Source: Escherichia coli (GTDB lineage: Bacteria > Pseudomonadota > Gammaproteobacteria > Enterobacterales > Enterobacteriaceae). Taken from it: a DNA stretch of 64,000 bases. Every line of letters starts with the position of its first letter. The first letter of the stretch is position 1. The notes beneath the pieces are model-generated. The model was not told where the DNA came from. It made no database searches and worked only from the letters and a program-made list of their open reading frames with translations. Position numbers and translations under genes: made by a program. Location: NCBI RefSeq assembly GCF_017348835.2, contig NZ_CP072315.1, one strand, 5' to 3'. Below are positions 17,587 to 27,426 of the stretch, one piece after another.

Positions 17587-20043
17587 TTATTTTAATTCTT
17601 CAATGTTAATCATGAACTCAGATCTGCCAGTAAGGCCGGATACAGCAGGGAAAATAGGAAAGCTACGGCTGTCCCCGAGCCCCAAATCCAGTTGAAGCTC
17701 TTTGCTTTCACCTGGCATCGCAGAAACGCCATTTACAGTCACGCCGAATGCAGCGTCCTTACGGACAGTAAGCACTGCGTCCTGAAGCCCTGTAGCGATT
17801 GAACCATCCTTTTTACGCAGCTGGCTGGCATACAGAACAGCCAGAGCAGTATTGTCAGATGTTTTGAGAGAAGCATTGACAGCTAAGGTTTTCAGATTCT
17901 CTAGCCTGACGAGATTGTTTGGAAGGTAGTTAAATTCGACTGAGCTTTCTTTAACGTTGTTCATCTCATCTTTGGCCTGAACTGTGAGAGTGTATGTTTC
18001 GCCTTCATTAAGAGACGGAAAGATCTTGGGATAATTAGGTGCATACAGGTTGTTTCCCAGATTCACCCAAGACAATTCCACCGCATCAGAAACAGGGCCA
18101 CCGCGAAGAGTCATACGGCTTAAGGATGGTTTAGTTAGAGCATCGGTGAGCTGTATACGGACGTTCTCCAGCCCATATACTGTTACGTTTTTGCTGATCG
18201 GTTTTCCTTCGTAGCTAATACTTACAGATGGTGCTGTATTATCAACGACAACTGTTTGATAAGGGAGGTTACCGGTATTGTTGAATGTATCTTGGGCATT
18301 AATCACCACGTTATAACTGCCTTCTGGTACCTCTTTCATGTTGAACTCATACGTGTAGTTCCCAGACGCCATATTTCTACCTGTTTGTTTGCCGGTTACG
18401 CTTATTTCTGCGTTGTTACGGTTTTTATCTGACAACCAAACTCGATTTACATAAACATGGTCGAAATATGAACCATCTCCAGGTTGATTCACGTAAACCT
18501 GGAGAATGTTGGTGGTTTCATTGTAATCAAATCCAGTGACGGAGGGACCCAGTGTATGCCAGGCTATATTCTCCCATATAGGGGCAAAGAAGGTTGCTTC
18601 GGTGGTTGACCTTACTTCATAGCCACTATGAAGATAACCGGTAGTGCCATTTATAATATCCTGGGGCAAAGAGACGGTACAGGTTGTTGAGCCAGCTGGA
18701 ATACTGCATGTTGCTCCGCCAGTGATTTTTTGATCATATGGCCTGGCCTGTACATTGAATCGGATATTAGTAAGTTTTATAGGCATATCAGATGCCTTGA
18801 ACAGGTTCCAGTTTACGCTGTTGAACCATGTTCCATCAGCCTTTTGTCGTTCTATGGGTGAACTTCCCCAAGCCGGACTCTTTACAGAGGCAGGATCCCA
18901 GTTGAGCCAGCTGGCATACTGACCAAGATCTCCTCCAGACCATTGATATGTATTCACAGGTCTATAGTAGTTTCCATCTAAGGCACCCTGTGGCAGCTTA
19001 ACTTCCACGTAGACATAGGTGGCATCTTCGGAAAGGACCTGTACTCCGCCATAGTTATTGGTAATGCTCATGCCACCATTTCGATATGGCTTCCAGTTAG
19101 TTCTTGGGATACGTATAACCAACTTGTAGGGGTTTTCCAGCACTGTAAGGCCTCGTTTAAACGGGACGTATCCCGAAGAAATGCCGGGTACAACACTGGT
19201 GCTTACACGTGAGTCATGAACTGCAAATGGCGTAAATTCTCCCATTTGATCGTCATATAAAAACCGCTGGGGAGGAATGTTAAGCGTATTTCCTGCCAGG
19301 TCCGTAACGATGAAATTGAAGGTGAATTCTTCATCAAGATCACTTGAGGGCATGCCAGCCTGGGTGTTCATATCTTTAATCCACGGATAGAACGCACGTT
19401 TATTGGCTGTGTCATAACTCAGGTTATTGTCGGAGACCACAGAACCATTACTTCGTTTAATGACAAGACGGATCTTGTCAATTCCACTAGCATCCTCAAT
19501 ACCGTCTGCAAATATAGAAAACTGGCCACTACCGCCTCGGCCCAACTCCCAAAGTGGCCCAGAAAGTACCATGTCGTAACCTGCGTTTTGACTCGGATAA
19601 ATACTCTTATAGCGTGGAGGAGTTGTATCAACGATGAAATGATAAGTAGATGTGCTCACTACAGTCTGGCGAATATCCAGAGTTTCATTGACTACAGTAA
19701 AGGTCCCTTCTCCGAGCGCCGGTAGAACCATATCCTTTCCATAGTATTCTGTTCCATCGGCAGCAACGATACGATCTGCAACGCTCGTTTTGGTCGAGAC
19801 GGAGGAATACATAACCTTTTTATCGCTGTCTCGTGTGACCGTCACTCGCTCGTACCGATCAAGACCCGATATCAAGTTCAGAGTCAAAACACCAGCGGGA
19901 TTAAGATATGTTTGTGTTGCAGGTTTGATATTCCGAACAGCCTTATTGGTATCTGTAAATGAGTAGCTAAATACCTGAGCATGTGCCGAAGATACAGTAG
20001 CAAGGGCAGTTGCAACCATGCAGCCAATTAGAGTTTTACGCAT
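17587..20043 (-). CDS. large secreted Ig-like/adhesin-like protein, ~800-aa paralog 3
   Basis: GGAG RBS; signal peptide MRKTLIGCMVATALATVSSAHA; ATCSIPAGSTTC and C-terminal GLENVRI..LRGGP..FNYLPNNLVRLENLKTLAV module shared with paralogs. Confidence 0.75.
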   Translation of the reverse strand: MRKTLIGCMVATALATVSSAHAQVFSYSFTDTNKAVRNIKPATQTYLNPAGVLTLNLISGLDRYERVTVTRDSDKKVMYSSVSTKTSVADRIVAADGTEYYGKDMVLPALGEGTFTVVNETLDIRQTVVSTSTYHFIVDTTPPRYKSIYPSQNAGYDMVLSGPLWELGRGGSGQFSIFADGIEDASGIDKIRLVIKRSNGSVVSDNNLSYDTANKRAFYPWIKDMNTQAGMPSSDLDEEFTFNFIVTDLAGNTLNIPPQRFLYDDQMGEFTPFAVHDSRVSTSVVPGISSGYVPFKRGLTVLENPYKLVIRIPRTNWKPYRNGGMSITNNYGGVQVLSEDATYVYVEVKLPQGALDGNYYRPVNTYQWSGGDLGQYASWLNWDPASVKSPAWGSSPIERQKADGTWFNSVNWNLFKASDMPIKLTNIRFNVQARPYDQKITGGATCSIPAGSTTCTVSLPQDIINGTTGYLHSGYEVRSTTEATFFAPIWENIAWHTLGPSVTGFDYNETTNILQVYVNQPGDGSYFDHVYVNRVWLSDKNRNNAEISVTGKQTGRNMASGNYTYEFNMKEVPEGSYNVVINAQDTFNNTGNLPYQTVVVDNTAPSVSISYEGKPISKNVTVYGLENVRIQLTDALTKPSLSRMTLRGGPVSDAVELSWVNLGNNLYAPNYPKIFPSLNEGETYTLTVQAKDEMNNVKESSVEFNYLPNNLVRLENLKTLAVNASLKTSDNTALAVLYASQLRKKDGSIATGLQDAVLTVRKDAAFGVTVNGVSAMPGESKELQLDLGLGDSRSFPIFPAVSGLTGRSEFMINIEELK

Positions 20044-20198
20044 ATGATGCTCCGGGAATAGGTTATAGCCTTATTCTACGGATTCAGCCTACAAGGTCCG
20101 GTCGGATAAAGTGATAATTTGCCTGTTAAAAGAGACATCAAGTGAGAAAGCAACCAACGTACAGAATGCAAAATGGCGGCAGTGCATCTGGATGACGC

Positions 20199-20211
20199 AA
20201 AAGTAACTTTT
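20199..20211. promoter_or_regulatory. palindrome site AAAAGTAACTTTT (dispersed family)
   Basis: Exact 13-bp palindrome in the divergent promoter region between 20043 and 20416. Confidence 0.4.
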
Positions 20212-20262
20212 TGTATCCACTTTTTTGGATTTTAGCCTTCAAAATGAGTATTCAACCAATCA

Positions 20263-20275
20263 TAAAAGTAACTTT
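20263..20275. promoter_or_regulatory. palindrome site AAAAGTAACTTTT (dispersed family)
   Basis: Second exact copy 64 bp from the previous one in the same intergenic region. Confidence 0.4.
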
Positions 20276-20415
20276 TGATAGACGCTGCTCCTTTATGTTT
20301 GCCAATTGTGCTGATATGTTTGTAAATTCAAGGAAGCGAGATTTTAAAAGCATCTGTTGAGTCAAATTTATGTAAAATAACAGGGAAACCATCACTTCTA
20401 GGTTGAGGAAACCCA

Positions 20416-21042
20416 ATGTTATACATGCTCTTATGCTGTTTTCTGATGCTCAACAGTACATTCGTTATGTTCAGAGCAATGTCTGCAATAAGTAAAGGAT
20501 CCGCTAAAGAAAACCGGTCTGAAATATCGCTGATAGTCCTAGCAACACTTGGAATCGCATCACCATTCATTGTCGCAATGATTACTATTAATGAAAGTAT
20601 GACATCTAAAACAGTAACAGATTTTTCTTTGGGTGCTCAGTGGTACGGAATGGTTTCAGCGGTAGCGCTAATGGGGTTATATGCTCGACGCGTTTGGAAA
20701 GAGAAGAAGTCCTTATTTACTGGCGCTTTCCTGGCCTCTTCCTTAATGGCCTTTATTTTTACTGACAGCCTTGTTTTCGTATCCCAGAAGGACACCGGCG
20801 TTCTGGCTACTTTCGTACTCGATAAAAACGCTGGAGATATTGATTGTAGTCGCCCGGCTATGATTGTCCATTACAGTAAAGGTGTTCCAACGGACTGGCG
20901 TTGCCCAACCAGTATCATGTTGATGGCGTATTCTTCATATCCTTTTTTACCCTGGCCTGAGTATAGCCATGGTACCAGCCAGTCTCTTACGGTTGTTATT
21001 GATACATTTATGGAAAACGCTGTTAATCTCAGCCAAAAATAA
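20416..21042 (+). CDS. integral membrane protein (208 aa)
   Basis: GAGGAAA RBS; several hydrophobic segments; terminator immediately downstream. Confidence 0.55.
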   Translation: MLYMLLCCFLMLNSTFVMFRAMSAISKGSAKENRSEISLIVLATLGIASPFIVAMITINESMTSKTVTDFSLGAQWYGMVSAVALMGLYARRVWKEKKSLFTGAFLASSLMAFIFTDSLVFVSQKDTGVLATFVLDKNAGDIDCSRPAMIVHYSKGVPTDWRCPTSIMLMAYSSYPFLPWPEYSHGTSQSLTVVIDTFMENAVNLSQK

Positions 21043-21047
21043 AAAAT

Positions 21048-21070
21048 AAACCTCACTAGTGAGAGGTTTT
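21048..21070. terminator. putative bidirectional rho-independent terminator
   Basis: Imperfect hairpin AAACCTCAC-TAGT-GAGAGGTTT with T-runs on both strands, between convergent genes. Confidence 0.45.
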
Positions 21071-21099
21071 ATAAACCTGAGCCACCAATCTAATTAACT

Positions 21100-21381
21100 C
21101 TATATTTTTGTTTTAGCTTTTTTAAAGATAGACTTACCGAATAAAACAGCAATTATAGAGCAAAGGCCTGGCGTTAGGACAAAAGCTAATAATGCACTGC
21201 CAAAACTTGTCATTTCAGGCACCAGGAACCAGCTGATAGGCCACGTCAGGGCTGGTAAATTTAGCGGATCATAAAGCGCATGTAGAGCGCTTAACACACA
21301 GTAAAGTGCTAAAAAGCAAACTAGATAAACAACGATCCACATTTTAATTTGCTCAGCAATTTCAAATTTTGGACTGCCCAT
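21100..21381 (-). CDS. small membrane protein (93 aa)
   Basis: Two predicted hydrophobic helices; overlaps the upstream gene by 20 nt (operon). Confidence 0.5.
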   Translation of the reverse strand: MGSPKFEIAEQIKMWIVVYLVCFLALYCVLSALHALYDPLNLPALTWPISWFLVPEMTSFGSALLAFVLTPGLCSIIAVLFGKSIFKKAKTKI

Positions 21382-21823
21382 GCTTTACCTCAGTGGCTGA
21401 ATATTGATGGTTAATATCTTTAATCACCCGTAAGCACTTAGTGCATACCTTAGTTCGATTTGTCTGCTTGTCCAGAGTGTATTTAACTTCAAGTTGACCT
21501 CCAGCATTAAGCAAAGTGAGCATCTCATCTTCTAACACGCTTCGGTAAATGGTCTTGGCCGAGAGTGTGCCCGGTAACGAGTACTCAACATAATTGTTTG
21601 AAACTCTTACCGATTTAGGGATTTTACCACTGAGCTGGGTTTCATTCGTTGAAGGCATTACAGTTACTTTAATCACAGTTGCCGGTGACCAGAAATCCTG
21701 ATAACGCACTTTATGAATTTTATCAGCTCTAAGGCCTAACCACACATTTCCGGCGATAAGAACAATAAGCAATCCATAAACTGATCGTCGAATGTTACGC
21801 CTTTTAATCACAATGTCCCCCAT
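21362..21823 (-). CDS. membrane-anchored protein (153 aa)
   Basis: N-terminal transmembrane segment LLIVLIAGNVWLGL; same operon as neighbours. Confidence 0.5.
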   Translation of the reverse strand: MGDIVIKRRNIRRSVYGLLIVLIAGNVWLGLRADKIHKVRYQDFWSPATVIKVTVMPSTNETQLSGKIPKSVRVSNNYVEYSLPGTLSAKTIYRSVLEDEMLTLLNAGGQLEVKYTLDKQTNRTKVCTKCLRVIKDINHQYSATEVKHGQSKI

Positions 21824-21871
21824 CCCTCAAATATCATTCTAAATAACTGCACCAGGATATCATGAGCGTAA

Positions 21872-22048
21872 TTAATAGAATTCTTCATAACCGGGGTTTT
21901 CAGTTGAGTTTGCGGACTCTTTACTTTGCGGTTTCTCACCCTCTAGTTGAGTATCCCTGACAGGCTTGGATTTACCCATGCTCCTCTGAAAGGTATCCAT
22001 AACAAACTCAATATCTTCTTCTGGCAGGCTGGTGGGTTGGTTGCTCAT
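21872..22048 (-). CDS. small acidic protein (58 aa), translationally coupled; not in ORF track
   Basis: ATG overlaps the stop of the 563-aa gene (ATGA); reads MSNQPTSLPEEDIEFVMDTFQRSMGK...; below the track length cutoff. Confidence 0.35.
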   Translation of the reverse strand: MSNQPTSLPEEDIEFVMDTFQRSMGKSKPVRDTQLEGEKPQSKESANSTENPGYEEFY

Positions 22049-23736
22049 AGGACTTCCTCTTGTTGAATACGTTCGGCGTACAGGATGCGAACCGAAACGG
22101 TCGTGTTTTCAAACTCGTTCTCAAAAACGTCCATCCATTCCGTCCGGAATTCTTCCCCCAAAAGGTTATCGAGCCCCTGAAGAGATAATGGAAGAACGGC
22201 TGCTAGAGATCCCCCGGCTGCGAGATGAGATGCAGCTGCCTGGAGATGCAGCCTGGCCCGGTTATCGGCAAAAGGTGGGTTCATCACGACATAATCAAAC
22301 TTCTTCTGTTGATTAGACTTAGACCATGTGAGGAAGTCAGCTTCTGTCGTATCGTATCCCTTAGCCCGGGAGATAAGGCAATTCAAAGTATCAAGCTCGA
22401 TGCCAGTAACGATCACACCGGCAGGGAATGATTTAAGCAAATCCGCATGGCCAATATTAGGCTCCAGGAGGGTATCCCCTTCCCCTGCACCAAGCAGGGA
22501 AGATACATATTCGCTGATTCGGCAAGATGAAGGGTAAAACTGATGCGATACAATATCAGGCATCTCCCCTATCTGGCCGATGTAACGAATAACCTCACAC
22601 GGATCATAGGAAAATGTCACATCGTATTTTGTTACTGTTGCCCCTAAGAACCGAAGGGTGTCAGCGGCAACACTCGAAGATTTGCGTTCGGCGAGAGACC
22701 CTAAAGATGTCCAGCAACTCCATTTATTGTCCCCGTCATTTTTAAACATCAGTTCAGAAAGCTGCATCCGGGTATCAAAGTCGATGCACTGCTTAAGTAC
22801 AGGGAATGCCTCCAAAGATTTCTTGCTATGAGCCATACGGTCGGCAGGTAATGCCAGCGGTACGATAGCTGATAAAATATTGTTAAGCCGCTCGGCGATA
22901 TCAGGGTGGACGTCAATATGCATTGATCCATTTTTGTAAACCCTGAAACGAATACTGTTGCCATCGATGCAGATCCATTTTCTGAACCCCTCATGTTCGA
23001 CCAACGCCTCAACCAATGATTTGGTGTTATGGATCGCCTTCACCTGTTCGCCACGGAAGAATGCGCATATAACGCGGAGCTCGCTCAGCGGTGAAATGCC
23101 AGACTCTTTAAAATCCACCCTTAATTTCTGCCAGGGGTATTTAGACGGCTCGCAAACTCCGGTAGTGATCATGCGGGTGGAGAACCCAAAAGCTTTGTTT
23201 GTCTTGTGACTGCGGCTCAGAGACTGGAAGACGTCGTAAACCCTTTCTTTAATAAATTGATTGCGGTCATTAAGCAAAGCAACGACTGTGCCCACTACAG
23301 CGTCAGCTGTGAAATCAGGGATCACCTGAGGCGGCATAATATAACGGTCGGCCGTAAACTGCTTATCCCATTCGTTACGTTTGGCATCCGACATGATAGG
23401 CAAAACATCAGTGAGTGCCATAACGCATTTCCAGTATTCTGATCTCAGAGCGTTTTCTGCGAACAAAGCATCCGCTTCTGAGATGCTGTGGTTGTAGCCT
23501 GAGAGATAAGAATAAAGTTTCTGGTGATTGTGGGTTTTGAACTGGACAGCCATGAGTTTCAACAAGCAGAGTTCATCATTATAGGACTCAACAAGATCCG
23601 CGATAATGCCGAGCTCTTTGCGCATATCTGGAAGAAATGTTTCAGGAGAGCTAACCACCAGGCTATGAGAGGTTGTTAAAGCCAGTACGCTGTGACCTGC
23701 ATTATCGGGTTTAGCTTCAGAATCAAGAGATGACAT
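22045..23736 (-). CDS. two-domain protein: unknown N-terminal domain (~380 aa) fused to NPPF-type adenine methyltransferase domain
   Basis: C-terminal LEPNIGHADLL ... FDYVVMNPPF ... GGSLAAVLP is paralogous to the standalone methyltransferase at 7070-7831. Confidence 0.6.
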   Translation of the reverse strand: MSSLDSEAKPDNAGHSVLALTTSHSLVVSSPETFLPDMRKELGIIADLVESYNDELCLLKLMAVQFKTHNHQKLYSYLSGYNHSISEADALFAENALRSEYWKCVMALTDVLPIMSDAKRNEWDKQFTADRYIMPPQVIPDFTADAVVGTVVALLNDRNQFIKERVYDVFQSLSRSHKTNKAFGFSTRMITTGVCEPSKYPWQKLRVDFKESGISPLSELRVICAFFRGEQVKAIHNTKSLVEALVEHEGFRKWICIDGNSIRFRVYKNGSMHIDVHPDIAERLNNILSAIVPLALPADRMAHSKKSLEAFPVLKQCIDFDTRMQLSELMFKNDGDNKWSCWTSLGSLAERKSSSVAADTLRFLGATVTKYDVTFSYDPCEVIRYIGQIGEMPDIVSHQFYPSSCRISEYVSSLLGAGEGDTLLEPNIGHADLLKSFPAGVIVTGIELDTLNCLISRAKGYDTTEADFLTWSKSNQQKKFDYVVMNPPFADNRARLHLQAAASHLAAGGSLAAVLPLSLQGLDNLLGEEFRTEWMDVFENEFENTTVSVRILYAERIQQEEVL

Positions 23737-23983
23737 TTTACCGGTCCTTTAGAAAAAACTTTTACCAGGATAGCAACGTCGCTCAGTAACCTAATAGGTT
23801 CAGTGACACGAAAAAGTTTTTTATGTCTCTGAATAAAACTTAAAGATGTCAACTCATAGAAAGAAGCAAAAAAAAAGCCCCGCATAAACGGGGCAAGAAC
23901 GATACATGGAGGTTTAAAAAAGGCGGGCAAAAAGCCTGAATCCTTAATGACTCTGACAAAACCAGCACTTTGCCAAAAGTAAA

Positions 23984-25147
23984 TTATTCTGCGTCCGGCT
24001 GTGGGTCAGTATCCTGATCGGTCTCTTCCCCTGCCTTCTTAGCATTTTTTTTACGTGGGTATTTTGGCTTCTCACCATTAAGTTTTGCCTGACGATTCTC
24101 CGCACGGCGAAGCTGCTTGTTCTCTGATTCTGTGATCTCTTTTGAAAGATTTCTCAACATCTCCAGAGTACTGCGGTTCAACGTAATGTTGATTTCTTCG
24201 TCAGCACTTGAATCTGTCAGCTCCGGCAATTCAATATCCCCCAGTTTCTGTAATAAGCTGGTGGTGATGAGTTTGACGCCTTCTACGGCTTTTGTGGCAA
24301 TAACCGGCGGAATCCGTGCTGGCTTGAAGTCTGAAGGTCTGACTCGTACCTGACCATGTTGGGTTTTTTTCACCGTGATGCCATTCGCATCGGCCTGCTC
24401 AAGTTCTGCGATCATCTTCTTGATACGTGAAATTGCTTCTGTTTCGCCGAGCTCATCGATCAGTGAAAGCACGTTAACATACGAAATAGCGTCAGCATGA
24501 ATCCATTTCTTGATAACAACAGAACAGGTTGTCAGGCGGATAAGAGAACTGATGGTCGTCGGGCTTTTATTTTCACGTTGAGCAATTCGTTCGAGTGACC
24601 AGCCAGCAAGAGAATGTAGGCGACGATAGGACTCGCCAAGCGCAACAGGAGAAAGCGCAAGACCACGGTTACCATCAATGGTCGCGAGCTCACAGCCAAT
24701 TTCATCTTCTTTAATCTCAACGCAAAGGATTGTGATGTCATGATCTTCATCACATGCCATCATTGCGGCTTTTAAACGGCAGTGCCCCTGGCGAACAAAA
24801 GGTACCCCATCAATGACACGTACTCGGATAGGGTCTACATAGTCACCTCGAATGTAGGCATTCTTGATGTTGTAGATGTGTTCTTCAACCTCAGGGAGCT
24901 TATAGTAATCGTCACCCATTCCCATTTCGCGGGAGTTGAAGCCTGGCGTGACCTGAATTACTGAAGGGTGGATAGCCCATGCTTTCTGGTCACTTACTTC
25001 AGTACAAAGTTCAGGGTTTGCATCACGGAACTGTTTAAGCCCAGTGACGTAACGGCCTGTGCCAGTAACTACTGAAAAGGCAACATGGGCCGTTTTAAAG
25101 ACCTTGTCATTAGCTTGCTGTGTAGGTTCTGTCAGTAAAACACTCAT
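23984..25147 (-). CDS. ParB/Srx-like nuclease-domain protein (387 aa)
   Basis: N-terminal FNSRE ... VRQGHCRLKAA resembles the ParB N-terminal box; paralogous to the ORF at 28358. Confidence 0.55.
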   Translation of the reverse strand: MSVLLTEPTQQANDKVFKTAHVAFSVVTGTGRYVTGLKQFRDANPELCTEVSDQKAWAIHPSVIQVTPGFNSREMGMGDDYYKLPEVEEHIYNIKNAYIRGDYVDPIRVRVIDGVPFVRQGHCRLKAAMMACDEDHDITILCVEIKEDEIGCELATIDGNRGLALSPVALGESYRRLHSLAGWSLERIAQRENKSPTTISSLIRLTTCSVVIKKWIHADAISYVNVLSLIDELGETEAISRIKKMIAELEQADANGITVKKTQHGQVRVRPSDFKPARIPPVIATKAVEGVKLITTSLLQKLGDIELPELTDSSADEEINITLNRSTLEMLRNLSKEITESENKQLRRAENRQAKLNGEKPKYPRKKNAKKAGEETDQDTDPQPDAE

Positions 25148-25516
25148 AGGGGCTCCGTTACATTTTTCTGCTTACTTTCTGCGTAGCGGGGATACTACCG
25201 AAAAAAAAATTCATAATTTTTCGCAAAAAAGGTACTTTTTGAGCCTATTCTGATTTTTTACAAAAAAAGGTGGCTCCCCATTACTTGTGATGGCATAAAA
25301 ATCGCTTCATAAACAAATACATAAATCCAAAACATAAAGTTCAGGTATAAGTGAGGAAAAATCTTATAAATCCGAAATGCTGAAAGTCAAAACTGTGCGT
25401 CTTAAACAACTTTTTTTTGCTCCCTAAGTTATTAGTTAAAGCCCGTGGTTAGGTACGATACCAGCACCTAAATTTCTCTCTCAGGTATAGACACTTTGAC
25501 TCGACATCTCAGACAC

Positions 25517-26329
25517 ATGCCGATAATCAAATGGGCTGGTGGAAAAACGAAACTGATGCCTTTCATCAGCCATCACTACCCACACGATCATAGTTGCCGG
25601 TGGGTAGAACCCTTTATAGGCGGTGGTGCCGTTTTTCTGAACATGTTTGCACAAAATGCATTGCTTGCAGATAGCAATCCAGACTTGATCAACCTATACA
25701 GGACTATTCAAAGACAGAAAACTAACTTTATAAATCAGGTCCAAAACTTGGCGGATAAAACCTTTGTCGAAAAGGACTACTATGAGATGAGGGACCGTTT
25801 CAACAAAACCTGTATTTCTGGTCAATCGCTTCAAAGAGCGGCTTTGTTTTACTCCCTGAATCGCCTGGGCTATAACGGTATGTGCCGCTATAACTCAGAA
25901 AGAATCTATTCAGTGCCGTGGGGGAAACATACAGAACTGAAGCTTGACCTCAATAAAATAGACTACCTTTCATTTCGTCTTTCAGGTATTGAACTGATCA
26001 CCGCTGGTTTTGAGGAGACTCTGGCCGCAACCGGTGAAGGAGATCAGATTTACTGTGATCCGCCATATGACAAAACAAGCAAAACTAGTTTTGTCAGTTA
26101 CGATGGTAAACCGTTCAGCCAAAGCGACCACGTGCTGTTAGCAAATATGCTCGTTGACGCTCACAGAAAAGGCGCTGCTGTTGCGATATCAAATAGCCTG
26201 ACATCATTCACTTTGGGCCTCGATGAAGAGCGTGGATTCGTCATACACAGACTCAGCGCTTACCGATCCGTAGGAAGTAAGCCGAATACACGGAAAACGG
26301 AAACAGAAATACTGGCCGTGCTGAAATAG
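25517..26329 (+). CDS. dam: Dam-family DNA adenine methyltransferase (GATC type predicted)
   Basis: KWAGGK, EPFIGGGAVF, NRLGYNGMCRYN and DPPY motifs closely parallel E. coli Dam; ATG at 25517 (track uses TTG at 25496). Confidence 0.8.
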   Translation: MPIIKWAGGKTKLMPFISHHYPHDHSCRWVEPFIGGGAVFLNMFAQNALLADSNPDLINLYRTIQRQKTNFINQVQNLADKTFVEKDYYEMRDRFNKTCISGQSLQRAALFYSLNRLGYNGMCRYNSERIYSVPWGKHTELKLDLNKIDYLSFRLSGIELITAGFEETLAATGEGDQIYCDPPYDKTSKTSFVSYDGKPFSQSDHVLLANMLVDAHRKGAAVAISNSLTSFTLGLDEERGFVIHRLSAYRSVGSKPNTRKTETEILAVLK

Positions 26330-26337
26330 AGTAAATT

Positions 26338-27195
26338 CTAATCAACTAGGCTAATCCATTCCTCAAAAGTTAATACCTCAGGGTAAGTTCGTTGAACATA
26401 AGGTATAAACTGAAGCTCTTCTATTCTCCGGTCGCCCCTCTTTCCTTCGCAAATAAATGAAATGAGTCCTTGCTGAGAAAGGCCAGTAAGGACGCTCATA
26501 AGTCTTATATTTAGACTTTTAAGCTGTAAGTCGTTATTAATGTCCTCCACTTTATGAGAGCTCTGGCCTGAACGTTTAAGATACTCGTAAACCATGAAAT
26601 TCGAATTTCGTCGTTTTAACAATTTTTCGGTTATGCATTCCTGAATGAAGTCGCCAAGAGCATCTAAAAGCGGACTGAGAACTACCGGGAAAGTTAATGT
26701 GTAACTTTGAGAAGTTTTAGACAAAGTGAATGAGTTTAGAAAGCTAAAGTTTAGTCTCTTTTTTGAATATGGAACATAAGCGACAAGAGTAGTCGACATA
26801 ACAGTAAGTAAAGCTTCAAGATGGTTCACTGTTATTAAAGTGGTTTTATCTGTATTTCTAAGATTATGGAAATCAATAAACGCTACTCTTGAACGGCTAA
26901 GCCAATCTTGTACTTTAATGTCGATAGAAAATTGCGAGATATGATTTGAACATTCATTTTGGGTGATAGGGCATGCAGACGAAAGATGGTTATGGATTAT
27001 CATGCATAGCACAAAAAAAGGAAAACGGCAGGCTGTGGGGCATTGAAAACCGGTTAAAGAAAGCTTAGACGTTTCATATGCGCTTACCGGAAAAGTAACT
27101 TTTCTTAACGTTGGCTTTGACGATGTTCTTGCATTTTTACAAATGAAACCGAGACCCAGATCATTGTGCATTTTAAAGTCCATCTCCATCATCAC
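26338..27195 (-). CDS. hypothetical protein (285 aa)
   Basis: Complete ORF convergent with dam; no motif recognised. Confidence 0.45.
   Translation of the reverse strand: MMMEMDFKMHNDLGLGFICKNARTSSKPTLRKVTFPVSAYETSKLSLTGFQCPTACRFPFFVLCMIIHNHLSSACPITQNECSNHISQFSIDIKVQDWLSRSRVAFIDFHNLRNTDKTTLITVNHLEALLTVMSTTLVAYVPYSKKRLNFSFLNSFTLSKTSQSYTLTFPVVLSPLLDALGDFIQECITEKLLKRRNSNFMVYEYLKRSGQSSHKVEDINNDLQLKSLNIRLMSVLTGLSQQGLISFICEGKRGDRRIEELQFIPYVQRTYPEVLTFEEWISLVD
27091..27103. promoter_or_regulatory. palindrome site AAAAGTAACTTTT (dispersed family)
   Basis: Exact 13-bp palindrome with GG/C flanks, near the 5' end of the gene at 26338-27195. Confidence 0.35.
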
Positions 27196-27426
27196 CTTTT
27201 AGCCTTAACTGTATGGTATTGGTATACAAAAAATTAAAATTATAATTAATAAGATTATCATTTTTTTACAATAGAAAAGGTTCTGATAGAGGGGAATTTA
27301 AATGTAAAAGATTTATACTCGCAGATCTTTATGAGGGATAAAACCCATTGCGTAAGCAACAATATTACGTGAGTGAGTCCTAACGACAGTTAAAGTCTTG
27401 GCTCTATATTTAAGCAGCAAAAACAT

